From Heptranchias perlo (Eukaryota): a stretch of 64,000 nucleotides of DNA. Location of the stretch: NCBI RefSeq assembly GCF_035084215.1, contig NC_090333.1, forward strand, positions 27,466,001 to 27,530,000, given 5' to 3'. Shown here one piece after another: positions 48,501 through 61,275 of the stretch; the first letter of the stretch is position 1; every line of letters begins with the position of its first letter. Under the pieces are notes generated by a model that ran no database searches, was not told the DNA's origin, and saw only the letters and a program-made list of their open reading frames with translations. Made by a program: the position numbers and the translations under genes.

Positions 48501-49212
48501 TGGTCAAGTATGACCTTCCCTTTTGAAATCTGTGCTGACTATTCATTAGTACAATTTTGTCTTTTAAAAAGCATTTGGACAGTTACATGGGTAAGATGGG
48601 TATAGAGGGATATGGGCCAAGTGCAGGCAATTGGGACTAGCTTAGTGGTATAAACTGGGCGACATGGACATGTTGGGCCGAAGGGCCTGTTTCCATGTTG
48701 TAACTTCTATGATTCTATGATTATTTTTGGATTCTAGATGTTTTTCTATTACATCTTTGAGGGAGGATTTCATTATCTTTCCTACCACCGACGTTAAGCT
48801 AATTGGTCTATAGTTCCCTGGATTTGTTCTAAGCCCCTTTTTAAATATAGGAATCATATCAGCTGTCCACCAGTCCTCTGGCACTATTCCCTTTTCCAAT
48901 GAATTTTTATATGTATGTAATTGTGCCACTGCTTTCTTTTCCCTAACTTTTAATATGTGCGATATCTTTTTGAATCCTTCCATTAGGTTAGTCTTTAACT
49001 CAATCCCAGATATTCATTAGTTATTCTGTCTTCTCCTTTCTCATTATATAGACTGTGGTACTGACATGGAAATTACTTATTTTACAGCCTCGTTCTTAGC
49101 AACTAGGAGCTGGCAGGGTCTGGAGCAGAATCTTGGGGAGACTCCTGTGTCAAAAGCAGTGGAAGGGCGGAAGGGGATTGCGATTGCCTATGAGGAAGAG
49201 GGCACTAGTTGA
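39410..49212 (+). CDS. DPH2: Diphthamide biosynthesis protein 2, 506 aa; join(39410-39562,39865-39977,41402-41622,42255-42980,43815-43997,49088-49212)
   Basis: Motifs [91 protein letters not shown]. All introns GT-AG with matching phases (0,2,1,1,1); 1521 nt. Confidence 0.96.
39865..39977 (+). CDS. DPH2: DPH2 coding exon (VALQFPDE...DTSYG)
   Basis: CCCACAG| ... AG|GTCTGA. Confidence 0.95.
41402..41622 (+). CDS. DPH2: DPH2 coding exon (CCVDEV...LYVL)
   Basis: TGTGTAG| ... G|GTAAGA. Confidence 0.95.
42255..42980 (+). CDS. DPH2: DPH2 large coding exon (KLRQLL...DLLP)
   Basis: TTTTATTAG| phase 1 ... G|GTGCGT. Confidence 0.93.
43815..43997 (+). CDS. DPH2: DPH2 coding exon (ACCHVEF...SHSA)
   Basis: TTTCACAG| ... 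G|GTAAAA; contains TDVSLITG. Confidence 0.92.
45850..46500 (+). mobile_element. L2-clade LINE 3' fragment
   Basis: Translation [16 protein letters not shown]...[13 protein letters not shown]...[10 protein letters not shown] is the typical L2 ORF2 C-terminus; (GTT)n tail. Confidence 0.85.
46655..46778. mobile_element. Collapsed Penelope-type insertion forming a perfect 39-bp inverted repeat, with a 12-bp TSD
   Basis: Arms 46655-46693 and 46706-46744 are exact reverse complements; TGCATTTATCAA is duplicated at 46646-46657 and 46779-46790. Confidence 0.8.
47290..48960 (-). mobile_element. CR1-clade LINE (same subfamily as 1505-4110), interrupted by another CR1 3'-end fragment at about 48552-48720
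   Basis: Minus-strand ORFs with [36 protein letters not shown] and [15 protein letters not shown]. Confidence 0.92.
49088..49212 (+). CDS. DPH2: DPH2 last coding exon ([12 protein letters not shown]...EEEGTS*)
   Basis: TTTTTACAG| phase 1; TGA at 49210-49212; ATTAAA at 49302-49307. Confidence 0.95.
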
Positions 49213-49440
49213 AGGAAGTGCAGCATTGGAAGTAGTCAATTGTGTGAGCAAATGGGCTGAAATCTAAGTTAAATGATAAATGGATGGACTGACAAAGATT
49301 TATTAAAGAAGTTTACAATTTTAAAAATCTGTCTGTATAACTTTCCTTTAAATACATTTATAACTCTCCTGATACACAAGGCTTCAGATTTGAATGTTAT
49401 GATTAGCAAATTCCTGCTGCTGGCTGTCTCAGATAACAAT

Positions 49441-50205
49441 GGCCTGTAAATTGCTCTGAGCGGCGAACCAACAGTATTCGCCGCTCATTGGATTTAAACT
49501 CATCCACCAAGTTACCGCGTTCTCTTTGGCGGCAACTTCCTTGAATGGCGAGTTCAAAAGACTGCAGCGTTCTTTCCCGGGCTGTGTGAAAGGGGAGAGG
49601 AGCTCCATGTCCCCTCAACCAATCAGCTTGAAGGTTTGCTGTGAGAACCAGGAAGCGAAACTCATTCACAAACCGCTGCACAGACTAAAAACCAATAAGG
49701 TTAGTAAATTGGAAGTGCCCAATAAGGTTAGTAAATGTTATATAAAATAAGAGAGAGGGGTAAAGACTGAGATAAAAGAGACAAAGAAAAAAGTTTTAAA
49801 AAATTTTAACTTTTTTAATTAAAATTAATTTTTTTAAATGTCCAAGAACTATTAAAATCAGGAGTAATGAGACTCCACATTTTTAAGTTAATTTTCAGTG
49901 CCATTGAGGTTGTTTGGCAGTCATTAATACTTACCACGCTGTTAAAAGTTAGTTTAGACCTTATAAAAAAACTCAGCATACCTTTCTCATGGCAAGATTA
50001 GTTCATTTCCAGCTGGGCAGGAGAGCAAGTTCACGCTGGTTTATTGGTTGCAGCCGGCGAGATCCCTTTAACGCAAAGCTTTAAGATCAGCAGTGAATCA
50101 GGAAGAGCAAGTTCTGGATTTCTGCATTTCACTGCGCTTGTGTGCTCTCCGGAACTTGCTCCTCCATTTTCACTGAAATAACGGTGAGCCCTGTTAGCTT
50201 TGCTG
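49441..50205. mobile_element. MITE-like element, second copy of the 26611-27361 family
   Basis: Collinear similarity, e.g. ACTCCACATTTTTAA...TTAATTTTCAGTG...GAGGTTGTTTGGCAGTCATTAA; right TIR appears truncated. Confidence 0.75.
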
Positions 50206-50399
50206 TGCAAGTGTTGTAAGTTTCAAGCTGTTGTACTATGTCATTCATCCAAAGGGAAACAGCATTCTGGAAAGGTTGAAAGAGGGAATAACTGTGTGGA
50301 GACCGACCATGATGGGTCTCCTGATGAAAGAGAGAGCTTTGATTTTTGATGTTGTGCAACTTTATAAGCTACTTTCTGACCTGCCTCATTGTTACATAT

Positions 50400-51250
50400 T
50401 TAGAAATAATTACAGCAACTTGCACTTAGGATACTTTTCTGTATTACGGTCATTAAGTGCTTTAAAGGAGAAAGAGAGCAGACACAGAAGCTTTGTGGAA
50501 GGATTAGATGTTTTGAAAAAGATTTTAATGGTGGGGAGAGTTTTGGAAGCTGTTTAAAGGGAGAGAGATAGAGAGATAGAGAGGCAGAGAGTATAGGGAG
50601 AGAGTTGTGAAGTGTAAGCCCTAGATGCTTGTGGGCTCTGCCACTGAAGATGGAACCGAGGGAAGGGAAATGCACAGGAGGCCGGAAACAGAGGGACATA
50701 AATCTGGAGATGGTTGCAGAGGTATGGGGAGAGGCTGTGGAGGGATTTGTAGACAAGGATTTTAAATTAAATCCAATGGAATAAGGGGAGCCAATGGAGG
50801 TCACCAAAGGGTGATGGACAAGTGGGGCTTTGTGCTGAGTAGGCTGTGGCTGCTTGGAAGATTTGAAGCTTATAGATGGCAGAAGTTGAGAGAATTGCGA
50901 GGAAGGCATTGGAGAAATTGAGTCTTGAGATGATGAAGGCATGGATAAGGGTTTTGGTGACAGTGGAGGCAAGTAATGTTGTGGAGGTGAAAGTAAGTGG
51001 TGTACGATACGGGTTTGAAGCTTAGCTCTGAGTCAAACAAAATGCCCAGGTTGTGTGCTGACTGATTCAGCCTGTGAGCAGTGAAGGGCAGGGATTGACT
51101 CGATTGCAAAAGTGTGCAGTTTTGGCAGGGGCTGAAAATGATCTCTTTGATCTTCCCAGTGTTCAATTGTAGGATATTTGGGCTAATTTGCAACTTAATG
51201 ACAGCGTGGAAATGGTTGTGGGATTGAGGAAAGTGGTGGAGAGGTAGGGA
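50400..51250 (-). mobile_element. Old L2-clade LINE fragment
   Basis: Minus-strand translation LQLNTGKIKEIIF...HNLGILFDSELSF...YFHLHNI. Confidence 0.7.
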
Positions 51251-52249
51251 TCTTGTCCATACAGCTGGAAGCTGATCCCATGTATACGGACTTAACAGAT
51301 TTTCTGCAAGAAATAATGTCTTTTTAAAGTACTTCTGTCCCACCTTAACTACAGTCCCCTTTAACTACAGTGATAATGAGCTTTTGTTTGGGATGCTTTA
51401 TAGATATTATAGAATGGTAATGTTCCAATTCTGAAGCACATTTATTGAAGACTGGATTCTGGGATGCCTTATTACGACCTTCACTTGTGATATTTTATTA
51501 GTGTCTGAAATTATACTGAATCAATAAACAATGTTATACTGTTCTGCGGTCATTTATTTCTAGCCTTGGGGAATGTTATTCATACTGCAGTACGTGTCTA
51601 CCAATCGCATCAGACTTTTTCTGCCACTGTTTTAAGCTTGTGTAAATGGGAGGAAAAATTTAAGCAGATTAGTTAATCTCCAATTATGTTGCTTGTGAAC
51701 AAAATTAGGAAATAAAATTTTTTCTGTAACTTAATGGTCATTAAATCTGCATTTGGCACCTGCCCGTATGAGTAGCATATGCAGCACACTAGATGCAAGG
51801 AAAAAATTAACTTGCTGTGTCACATGATGGAAAGTGTTTGAACAGTAGTGTGGAAAAAGGTGAATGAACAAGGTGTTGAATCTATTATAGTTTCATTGGA
51901 AAGTGTCACAGGAACTGGAAGTCAGGGTGGCCAAATGTTTTACTGAATCCCTCTTCTGTCCATGTGTGATTGACCTCCCTGTGGTCTGCCACTTTAACTC
52001 CCCTTCCCATTTCCATTCTGACTTCTGTCTTTTGCCACCTACACTGTTCCAACCAAGCTCAATACAAGTTTCAGGAACAATACTTAATCTTTCTCCTAGA
52101 AACCCTGCAGCCTTCTGTTGGAAGATTGACTTTAGTAACTTCAGACCGTGGCTATTTCTCCCATTTTATTCAAAGCAGGGAGTGCTGGGGATGCACAATG
52201 TGTCTGTTGGTATCTGGGTATGGAGTGTGGAGCTTTTAACAGAATATTT

Positions 52250-52640
52250 TATTGTTTTCTTTTCAGGTGCTGACAGACTCCAGCCCCCCCAGCATTGTCT
52301 GCTTCTGTTTTATTTTCCAATCTCCAGCATTTGCAGTTTTTCTTTTAGTTTTTGGTTTATAAATGTTTTTTCGTTGCCTCACAGAATTGACCTGTTTTCA
52401 CCTCTTTCCGGCCTTTCAATGAAATCTGTTTGGGCATTCAGCCTCTCTTTTCCCCCCCCCCCCACCCTTTTGACTTGCATCATTTAAATGGTTCATTTCC
52501 AGCTCAGACAAAGGGTCCACACCTGTAATGTGGCCCAATTTTTTTCTGTCTTACAGAAGCTGATTGGCCTGCTGTGTATTTCTTGTATTTTCTGTTTTTA
52601 ATTTAGATTCCCAGCATTTGCAGTTTTTTTTTCTTTTTTA
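52250..52640. repeat. Penelope-like element remnants
   Basis: CCAGCATTTGCAGTTTTT blocks repeated; resemble the other Penelope-type fragments. Confidence 0.45.
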
Positions 52641-53519
52641 TAAGCAGATTGAATTTCTGTGCTGAGTATATCTGCCTGTTTTCTCCTCACGGCTGCAAAT
52701 TGGTCTGTGTTTTAAGCCAACTTCAATTCTAAAGAAAATTAATATTGGCTTGTAGGGGGAGGTGGGTGTGGAGCAAATTATAGTTTGGGCTTTTCATTGT
52801 TTACCAACCAGAACACCTGATTTGTATGAATTTAACTATTAATCTAACATCTCTTTTGTGAGGACTCAGGTATTGCTCTGTATATGGTAGGATTGTCTAT
52901 TATATCCATTTGGAATCGAAGAGTATTTATTGGTATCTAATCCTCAGCTGGCGAGAATTAGATGGGGAAGCAAACGAACAAAAAAATTAAGTCTGGGCTT
53001 CTCTCTCTCTGCCAATTATAAATCCGAGGCCTTTCCTGGCTGCTGAAGGAGCCAAAAAGTATTAAGTCATTTGCCTTTTTGGGGCATTCTAGCCAGCAGG
53101 GAGGATAAGACACACCAAAGACTATTGAGCACAGATTTAAGAAATGTGATCCTAGATGGATTAATCAGAAAATACAAAAAGAAATAAGTTTTTTTTCAAA
53201 AAAAAACTTTTACAAATCCTGTAGGGAGAAATGTGAGGGAAACAACTAGAAAGAATGGTGGAACCTTCAACAATTTTAAAAAGTAGTCAGATGAGCAAAG
53301 AGCAATTAGAAATTAGCATAAGCCATAGAAACCAATGGCAACTGCAAATCATTCTTCCAGCATTACAACAGCAGGATTATCGAAGAATTATTAAGATCCC
53401 TTCAAGATGCAATCAGGATTGGAACTGAGGATGAACAAAAATGCTTCACACTAAATGATTCTCTATACAAATATAGAGAAGATGCTACCAACCATAAGAG
53501 GTTCCACAACTAAATTTAA

Positions 53520-56261
53520 TAACGTCCCAGACTCTTCCATTACCATCCCTGGGTATGTCCTGTCCCACCGGCAGGACAGACCCACCAGAAATGGCGGTAC
53601 AGTGATATACAGTCAGGAGGGAGTGGCCCAGGGAGTTCTCAACATTGACTCTGGACCCCATGAAATCTTATGGCATCAGGTCAAACATGGGCAAGGAAAC
53701 CTCCTGCTGATTACCACCTACCGCCCTCCTTCAGCTGATGAATCAGTCCTCCTCCATGTTGAACACCACTTGGAGGAAACACTGAGGGGAGCAAGGGCAC
53801 AGAATGTACTCTGGGTGGGGGACTTCAATGTCCATCACCAAGAGTGGCTCGGTAGCACCACAACTGACTGAGCTGGCCGAGTCCTGAAGGACATAGCTGC
53901 TAGACTGGGCCTGCGGCAGGTGGTGAGAGAACCAACACGAGGGAAAAACTTACTTGACCTCGTCCTCACCAATCTCCCTGTCGCAAATGCATCTGTCCAT
54001 GACGGTATTGGTAGGAGTGACCACTGCACAGTCCTCGTGGAGACGAAGTCCCGTCTTCACACTGAGGACACCGTCCAACATGTGTGGCACTACCACCATG
54101 CAAAATGGGATACATTCAGAACAGATCTGGCAGCTCAAAACTGGGCATCCATGAGGCGCTGTGGGCCATCAGCAGCAGCACAACTGTATTCCAGCACAAT
54201 CTGTAACCTCATGGCCCGGCATATTCCTCACACTACCATTACCAACAAGCCAGGGGATCAACCCTGGTTCAATGAGGAGTGTAGAAGAGCATGCCAGGAG
54301 CAGCACCAGGCGTAACTAAAAATTGAGGTGCCAACCTGGTGAAGCTACAACTCAGGACTACATGCATGCTAAACAGCAGAAGCAACATGCTATAGACAGA
54401 GCTAAGCAATTCCACAACCATAGGATCAGATCAAAGCTCTGCAGTCCTGCCGCATCCAGTCGTGAAGGGTGGTGGATAATTAAACAACTAACGGGAGGAG
54501 GAGGCTCTGTGAACATCCCCATCCTCAATGATGGCGGAGTCCAGCACGTGAGTGCAAAAGACAAGTCTGAAGCGTTTGCAACCATCTTCAGCCAGAAGTG
54601 CCGAGTGGATGATCCATCTCGGCCTCCTCCCGATATCCCCACCATCACAGAAGCCAGTCTTCAACCAATTCGATTCACTCCACGTGATATCAAGAAACGG
54701 CTGAGTGCACTGGATACAGCAAAGGCTATGGGCCCCGACAACATCCCGGCTGCGGTGCTGAAGTCTTGTGCTCCAGAACTAGCTGCGCCTCTAGCCAAGC
54801 TGTTCCAGTGCAGCTACAACACTAGCATCTACCCGACAATGTGGAAAATTGCCCAGGGATGTCCTGTCCACATAAAGCAGGACAAATCCAATCCGGCCAA
54901 TTACCGCCCCATCAGTCTACTCTCAATCATCAGCAAAGTGATGGAAGGTGTCGTCGACGGTGCTATCAAGCGGCACTTACTCACCAATAACCTGCTCACC
55001 GATGCTCAGTTTGGGTTCTGCCAGGACCACTCAGCTCCAGTCCTCATTACAGCCTTGGTCCAAACATGAACAAAAGAGCTGAATTCCAGAGGTGAGGTGA
55101 GAGTGACTGCCCTTGACATCAAGGCAGCATTTGACCGAGTGTGGCACCAAGGAGCCCTAGTAAAATTGAAGTCAATGGGAATCGGGGAAAACTCTCCAGT
55201 GGCTGGAGTCATACCTAGCACAAAGGAAGATGGTAGTGGTTGTTGGAGGCCAATCATCTCAGCCCCAGGACATTGCTGCAGGAGTTCCTTGGGGCAGTGT
55301 CCTTGGCCCAACCATCTTCAGCTGCTTCATCAATGACCTTCCCTCCATCATAAGGTCAGAAATGGGGATGTTCACTGATGATTGCACAGTGTTCAGTTCC
55401 ATTCGCAACCCCTCAAATAATGAAGCAGTCCGAGCCCGCATGCAGCAAGACCTTGACAGCCTCCAGGCTTGGGCTGATAAGTGGCAAGTAACATTCGCGC
55501 CGGACAAGTACCAGGCAATGACCATCTCCAACAAGAGAGAGTCTAACCAACTCCCCTTGACATTCAACGGCATTACCATCGCCGAATCCCCCACCATCAA
55601 CTTCCTGGGGGTTACCATTGACCAGAAACTTAACTGGACCAGCCATATAAATACTGTAGCTACAAGAGCAGGTCAGAGGCTGGGTATTCTGTGGCAAGTG
55701 ACTCACCTCCTGACTCCCCAAAGCCTTTCCACCATCCACAAGGCACAAGTCAGGAGTGTGATGGAATACTCTCCACTTGCCTGGATGAGTGCAGCTCCAA
55801 CAACACTCAAGAAGCTCGACACCATCCAGGACAAAGCAGCCCGCTTGATTGGCACCCCATCCACCACCCTAAACATTCACTCCCTTCACCACCGGCGTGC
55901 AGTGGCTGCAGTGTGTACCATCCACAGGATGCACTGCAGCAACTCGCCAAGGCTTCTTCGATAGCACCTCCACCACCTAGAAGGACAAGAGCAGCAGGTA
56001 CATGGGAACAACACCACCTGCACGTTCCCCTCCAAGTCACACACCATCCTGACTTGGAAATATATCGCCGTTCCTTCATCGTCGCTGGGTCAAAATCCTG
56101 GAACTCCCTACCTTACAGCACTGTGGGAGAACCTTCACCGCACGGACTGCAGTGGTTCAAGATGGCGGCTCACCACCACCTTCTCGAGGGCAATTAGGGA
56201 TGGGCAATAAATGCTGGCCTCACCAGCGATGCCCACATCCCGAGAACGATTTAAAAAAAAA
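53520..56261 (+). mobile_element. CR1-clade LINE of a distinct, better-preserved family (AP endonuclease + RT), 5'-truncated
   Basis: EN motifs YRPPS, VGDFNVHH, LDLVLT, SDH; RT motifs GPDNIP, NYRPISLLS, LDIKAAFDRVWH, GVPWGSVLGP, FTDD; only a few stops or frameshifts; ends AATAAA...poly(A). Confidence 0.93.
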
Positions 56262-56587
56262 CTTTGCTAGCACTTGCACGGACATCTGTGATAGCTTTAA
56301 ATTCGATCCAATCATATGATTCTGCTGGCACCTGACTGCATTTTCCTGGACAGGGAGTTAATTTAGTATTTATGGTGGGTTTAGAGCAGGAATCTTGCTC
56401 CTGACTAGTTCTCTGCTGCTGGGGGGAGAAGGAAATCCAGTCTAGCTGTAGCGGTTCAAAGGCACCTGCTGCTGAAAGGGCCAAAAGCACAGTAGTTCAA
56501 TTAGAATGTGAGGGAGGGACAGCTGGTGTTGGAGCTCAAGTAACAATTCCAATAGCAGAAGGAGGAGCAACATCAGGGGCATTTGCA

Positions 56588-56812
56588 TTGGCCAAAGCCC
56601 CAAGATTTTCTGACGCTATGGTAGAAGTTATATTGGCAGGGATAACAGGAAAAAGAGAAAGGCTCTTTGGCACCCTGGAAAGGAAGTCCGAGAAAGATGA
56701 GGTTCAAGCAGTTTGGAGGGAGGTGCCTCAGGCAGTGCTACTTGAACCATCTCATGAGCAGCTACTAAGTGCTGTTAATGATTTAATGACCTCACCAGGT
56801 TGGCCAACCTAA
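56588..56812 (+). mobile_element. PIF/Harbinger-type Myb/SANT-like ORF remnant
   Basis: APRFSDAMVEVILAGITGKRERLFG...VQAVWREV resembles the trihelix Myb/SANT protein of Harbinger transposons; degenerate afterwards. Confidence 0.6.
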
Positions 56813-57748
56813 GCCAATGCATGTCTGCCTACCCAACTACTGAAGTAATGCTGGAAGTGTGATTCACCTTCACACCAGGCAGTATAAAAGAAGAGATAAA
56901 TGAGACCACTATTTAACATAAGAAAAACTCACAAACCCACTTCTAGCCACACATCCCTCTTCTACCACTGCACTGGCCTATATTACATGTCCTGCAATGT
57001 TTGAGTGTAAAGTGAAGAGATTGCTGCATTGCTTGCATCTGAAAACATGATCACAATGGAATATCTGCAAACAACTGAGTGAAATTAAATTGTGAATTAG
57101 TCAATAGCCTTTCTAAATCTTTGCGTTCCAAAGACAAAGGAGTGCTACATGTGGAAATATGGCAGCCATCAGGCCCCTGAGTGGACAGGAGGAGGAAGTT
57201 CTGCAACTCCTCAACATAAACACGAGAGGCAGTGGGAGATGGAAAAGTTGGAGGTGAGCTGTCCAGATCAGGTTGGAAATGGGATGGAATCCTTACAGTA
57301 CTGTGAGTGTTTGCAGTCTTCAGACATTCTGATTACTTGAAAAGCCTCTTATCATTGCTCATTTGCATCTTCCCATTTGCAAATTACAGTGTACCCTTCT
57401 AAAATGGATGTCCTTTGTGTCCCTCACAGGTGACTTACTAGTTTATCTCCTATCCTCTCTCTCCCTGCCCCCCCCCCAAACCATGTCTCCTACTTTTGTG
57501 GATTAAACATGGTATAGGATTCCAGAGACTCTGTGGTAGCTATGTGATAACAGTACTAATTCATAAAAGGGGGACTCCTTTAAAAATAAAAATGATAAGC
57601 AATTATGATTCACTAACATTCTTTGGGAGTCACTTTTCAGTATATTTCAGTTGTCAGGGTGTAAAAAAGGATTCACATTACAAATAAAACTGTCCACAAA
57701 ATAACTTAATGACATCATAAAGAGCAAACATCCTTAAAAGGGAAGACA

Positions 57749-58348
57749 GTGGGGATTGAACTGTCAAAAACTTAATTACCTATTATATACAATGCATTAA
57801 CTCCAAACACTTACTTTCAGACAAGTAAGAATTTATTAAAAAGAAACTTGTATACAAGGGAAGTTGTACCCTAAACAATGGTTAGGGCTACGTCTTCCCT
57901 GAACAAAGGAAACAGCTCATGTTTATACAGTTAAATTAGTAACGCCTACCTGTCGTAGAATATGGGCGTACATGTACATTCTTTATTGGTTCAGGTAGTT
58001 AATCAATCAAAATAGGGAACCCACCCTCTGGTTCCTCATGACTGCCTCGTGATGTTACACACAGGCCTGGGAAAGTAATTTTCCTTAATAAACAGTCTTT
58101 TTTTATCAGTAGGTCTGTACCTAGTCTCAAGGCTATATGGTCATTCATTTCTGTTAGTCAGACAGTTATCAACATAAGTGAACAATAGCGCTTCTGTATG
58201 TCTTTGGTGAGAACTAAAACATAAGCTTTCTATTATATTCAGCTGGTCAGTTAATATGGTCAACTATCCATCCTGCATTTCTTCTTTTTATGGTTTAGGT
58301 GTATTAGAAAGTTAATATGGTCAGGTATCTCTTTATGCATTTCCACAG
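57749..58348 (-). mobile_element. Possible solo LTR
   Basis: Ends (A)GTGGGGA...TTTCCACA; minus-strand TATAAA near 57925 followed about 90 nt later by AATAAA near 57835; internal direct repeat GTTAATATGGTCA. No TSD recognised. Confidence 0.4.
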
Positions 58349-59581
58349 TACTAAGTCTCACTAACTTTTACAGTGAGCTTCAGCACAAAATAGAAATCCA
58401 GGTGACCTGTGCTGCTAATTTCATAAATTATCATGGTGCTTCTAACTAATCAGTAGCTCCGTTTTCTGAGCAAAGAATTGCATTGAGCACACAAACTCTG
58501 CTGGAGCATTAGGTTTCCATAGAAACTCCGTTCCAGTTAGAAAATAATGAGTTTGACTATCAACGGGCTTTGCCACTTGTGATACTGAGATTTCAGAAGG
58601 AGGCTTGCTAACAGTGAATGTCAACATCAGTTTCCCCCTTTTTTTTAAAAAAAAACTTTTTTTTGTTATTTTTCTTAAACATTGAGTGCTGGGGAACTGA
58701 GTGGTGCAGTGGGCCAGCTGGTTCTGTAGCTGGTGCTCTTTTGGGGTTGGGGCTATACCTTGCTTGGGAGTGCTTGATGCTGACACATCGTGCATGTTCC
58801 AAGCTCTGACGTTAATCACCTTGAAAAGAACAAAAAGATGTAAAATAAAAAAGAATTAAATCACTGGAGAAATTTACTTATCTCACTTTATTGAGATAAC
58901 GGCAATGGCATCACTTCATTACTGACTGTGTCTTCTGCTCAATGTAGTTATTTTATACATTTTAGAAAGACTGGTGGATATAGTTGGTTAGAATATTCTC
59001 CTTTTATTCTGGGCCCAAATTACCAATCAAGACCAAAGTGACAGGCTGCAAATTTCCTTGTGAGTTCAGCTGGACTCCTGCCGTAACTCTGACATCTGTC
59101 AAAACATCTCAGAAACAGGGTCGGATGAAAATATGTTGGGTCCCCGCTGACTGGAAGTTCCTGGTCAGCCTTATATGGGAAAGAACGACTGCCCGCACCT
59201 TCACTGCCAGTGATACTAAAGGATGGAGTTGGGGATGGGGACTTCCTATGCTGGGAGTTTCTGCTTTCTTGGCCCAGAAGGGACCTGGTGTATGACTGGA
59301 GGTTTACTGGCCTCCGGAAAGGTACAAGTGAACCCCATTAGGGGTTCCAGGCCTGGACCGTCAAATGAGAAGAGAATTTAAAAAAAACAAAAAATTCTAG
59401 ATTGCTTCCCTTACACAGAGGGCTGTGGAGATTTCATGAGGTCTCCAGCCCCCAACCACCACCATGGCGGTCAGCGCCAGATTTCCCAGCAGCATGGGGC
59501 AGACGAGTGCTAGAAATATGCTGGCCCATTGCCAATTAGGTGCCCTACCACTGATCCTGCAAAATCTAGCAGGGGTTAGCA

Positions 59582-59778
59582 TAGCGTTACCAATCCTCCA
59601 GGATTTTCCTGGAGTCTAAAGTTATTAAAGATTAATCTCCTGGACACTGCTATGAGAAACCTGGGTGAAAAATATTGGCGTTACGAAAAAAGGCTTTTCG
59701 ACCAGGCAGGGTGGTTGGAGGTGGGAGGTCATGTGATGAAACCTCCAGGAATACTTCTAACCAGAGTTGGCAACCCTA
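59582..59778. mobile_element. hAT-type MITE, about 200 bp, inverted relative to the 37577 copy
   Basis: TAGCGTTACCAA ... GTTGGCAACCCTA; flanks GGTTAGCA / GGTCAGCG. Confidence 0.7.
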
Positions 59779-60534
59779 GGTCAGCGTTGGAAGTCTTTAG
59801 CATATGCGATCATGGCATAACTGCTGGGATCACGGCCCATGGATTTTCAGGGCCATAGATTAATATTTGATTCTAATTGGCACTGTTAGCAATCTTAATC
59901 AGATTGCTGATGTGGTAAATGGAAATATTAGGTTGGGGCAGTACAGGCGATTTTCTTAGACTTGGTAAAAGTTGGTACCGAGTCGAAGGAGGATAAAATT
60001 TACAGGAAGAAAAAGAAAAACTTTAAATCTTTTATAAACTTTCTTGCTGCGAACATTTAATTCAAAAAATCACTGACCATTCTTGTAAAAAGTGCGGTGA
60101 CTGGGACAATGTTTTAAAAAAACACAAAACAAAATAATTGTTTATTGTAGAGTTGTTTTGATGATATCTGTGAGAACCTAATTGATGATGCCTGTTATTG
60201 TGCACCCAGAGCTGGCATTTATTGAAACATTTCCAATTTGTTTCTCTATAGTAAAGATAATGGTCTTCCCTAAAGCTGGAGCTATTACTTGTCAAATTTA
60301 ATTTGTCTTCTTGTCCATCTGTCATGTTCTAACAGCAGTGGCAGTGATGGCGAATAGTATTATTGGCTCAGTGGGGTGGCCTTCTAGTTATTTTGTTCTA
60401 GGAACAGGGTTGATTTTCACACACAGGATGTCTTCTGACTTGTTTTGAAGAAAGAAGAAAATGAGCTTGAATACAAATCGGACATGCACCATAAAAGTAA
60501 AAGGAATTGTGACAAGGGTTGTTACATTACAAAG

Positions 60535-61275
60535 GAACATAGGAACAGGAGTAGGCCATTCAGCCCCTCGAGCCTGTTCCGCCATTCATTGAGATTATGG
60601 ATGATCTGTATCCCAACTCCATCCACCTGCCTTGTCTCCATATCCCTTAATACCCTTGGCTAGCAAAAATCTATTGATCTCAGATTTAAAATTATTAATT
60701 GAGCAAGCATCTACTGCTTTTTGTGGGTGAGTTCTGCACTTCTACCACCCTTTGTTTGAAGAAGTGTTTCTTAACTTCTCTCCTGAATGGCTTGACTCTG
60801 ATGTTAAGGTTATGTCCCCTTGTCCTAAACTCCCCCACCAGCGGAAAACATTTCTCTCTATCTACCCTATCGATTCCTTTCAAAATTCTAAAAACCTCAA
60901 TCAAATCACCCCTTAGCCTTCTATATTCCAGGGAACACAAGCCTAGTTTATGTAATCTCTCCTCGTAATCTAATGCTTGGAGCCCTGGTAACATTCTGGT
61001 GATTCTGCGCTGCACTCCTTCCAAGGCCAATATATCCTTTCTAAAGTGCGGTGTCCAGGACTGTACACAGTACTCCAGATGTGGTCCAACCAGAGCTTTG
61101 TATAGCTGTAGCAAAACTTCCTCCCCTTTATATTCTAGCCCTCTAAATATAAAGGCTAACATTCCATGAGCCTTTTTGATTATTTTTTGTACCTGACTAC
61201 TACATTTTAGTGACCTGTATACATGGACCCCGTTATCTCTTTGGACCTCCACTGTTCCTAGCTTTTCACCGTTTA
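60535..61275 (-). mobile_element. CR1-clade LINE 3' fragment
   Basis: ORF 60695-61252 LQLYKALVGPHLEYCVQ...[13 protein letters not shown]; GAACATAGGAAC tail. Confidence 0.92.
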
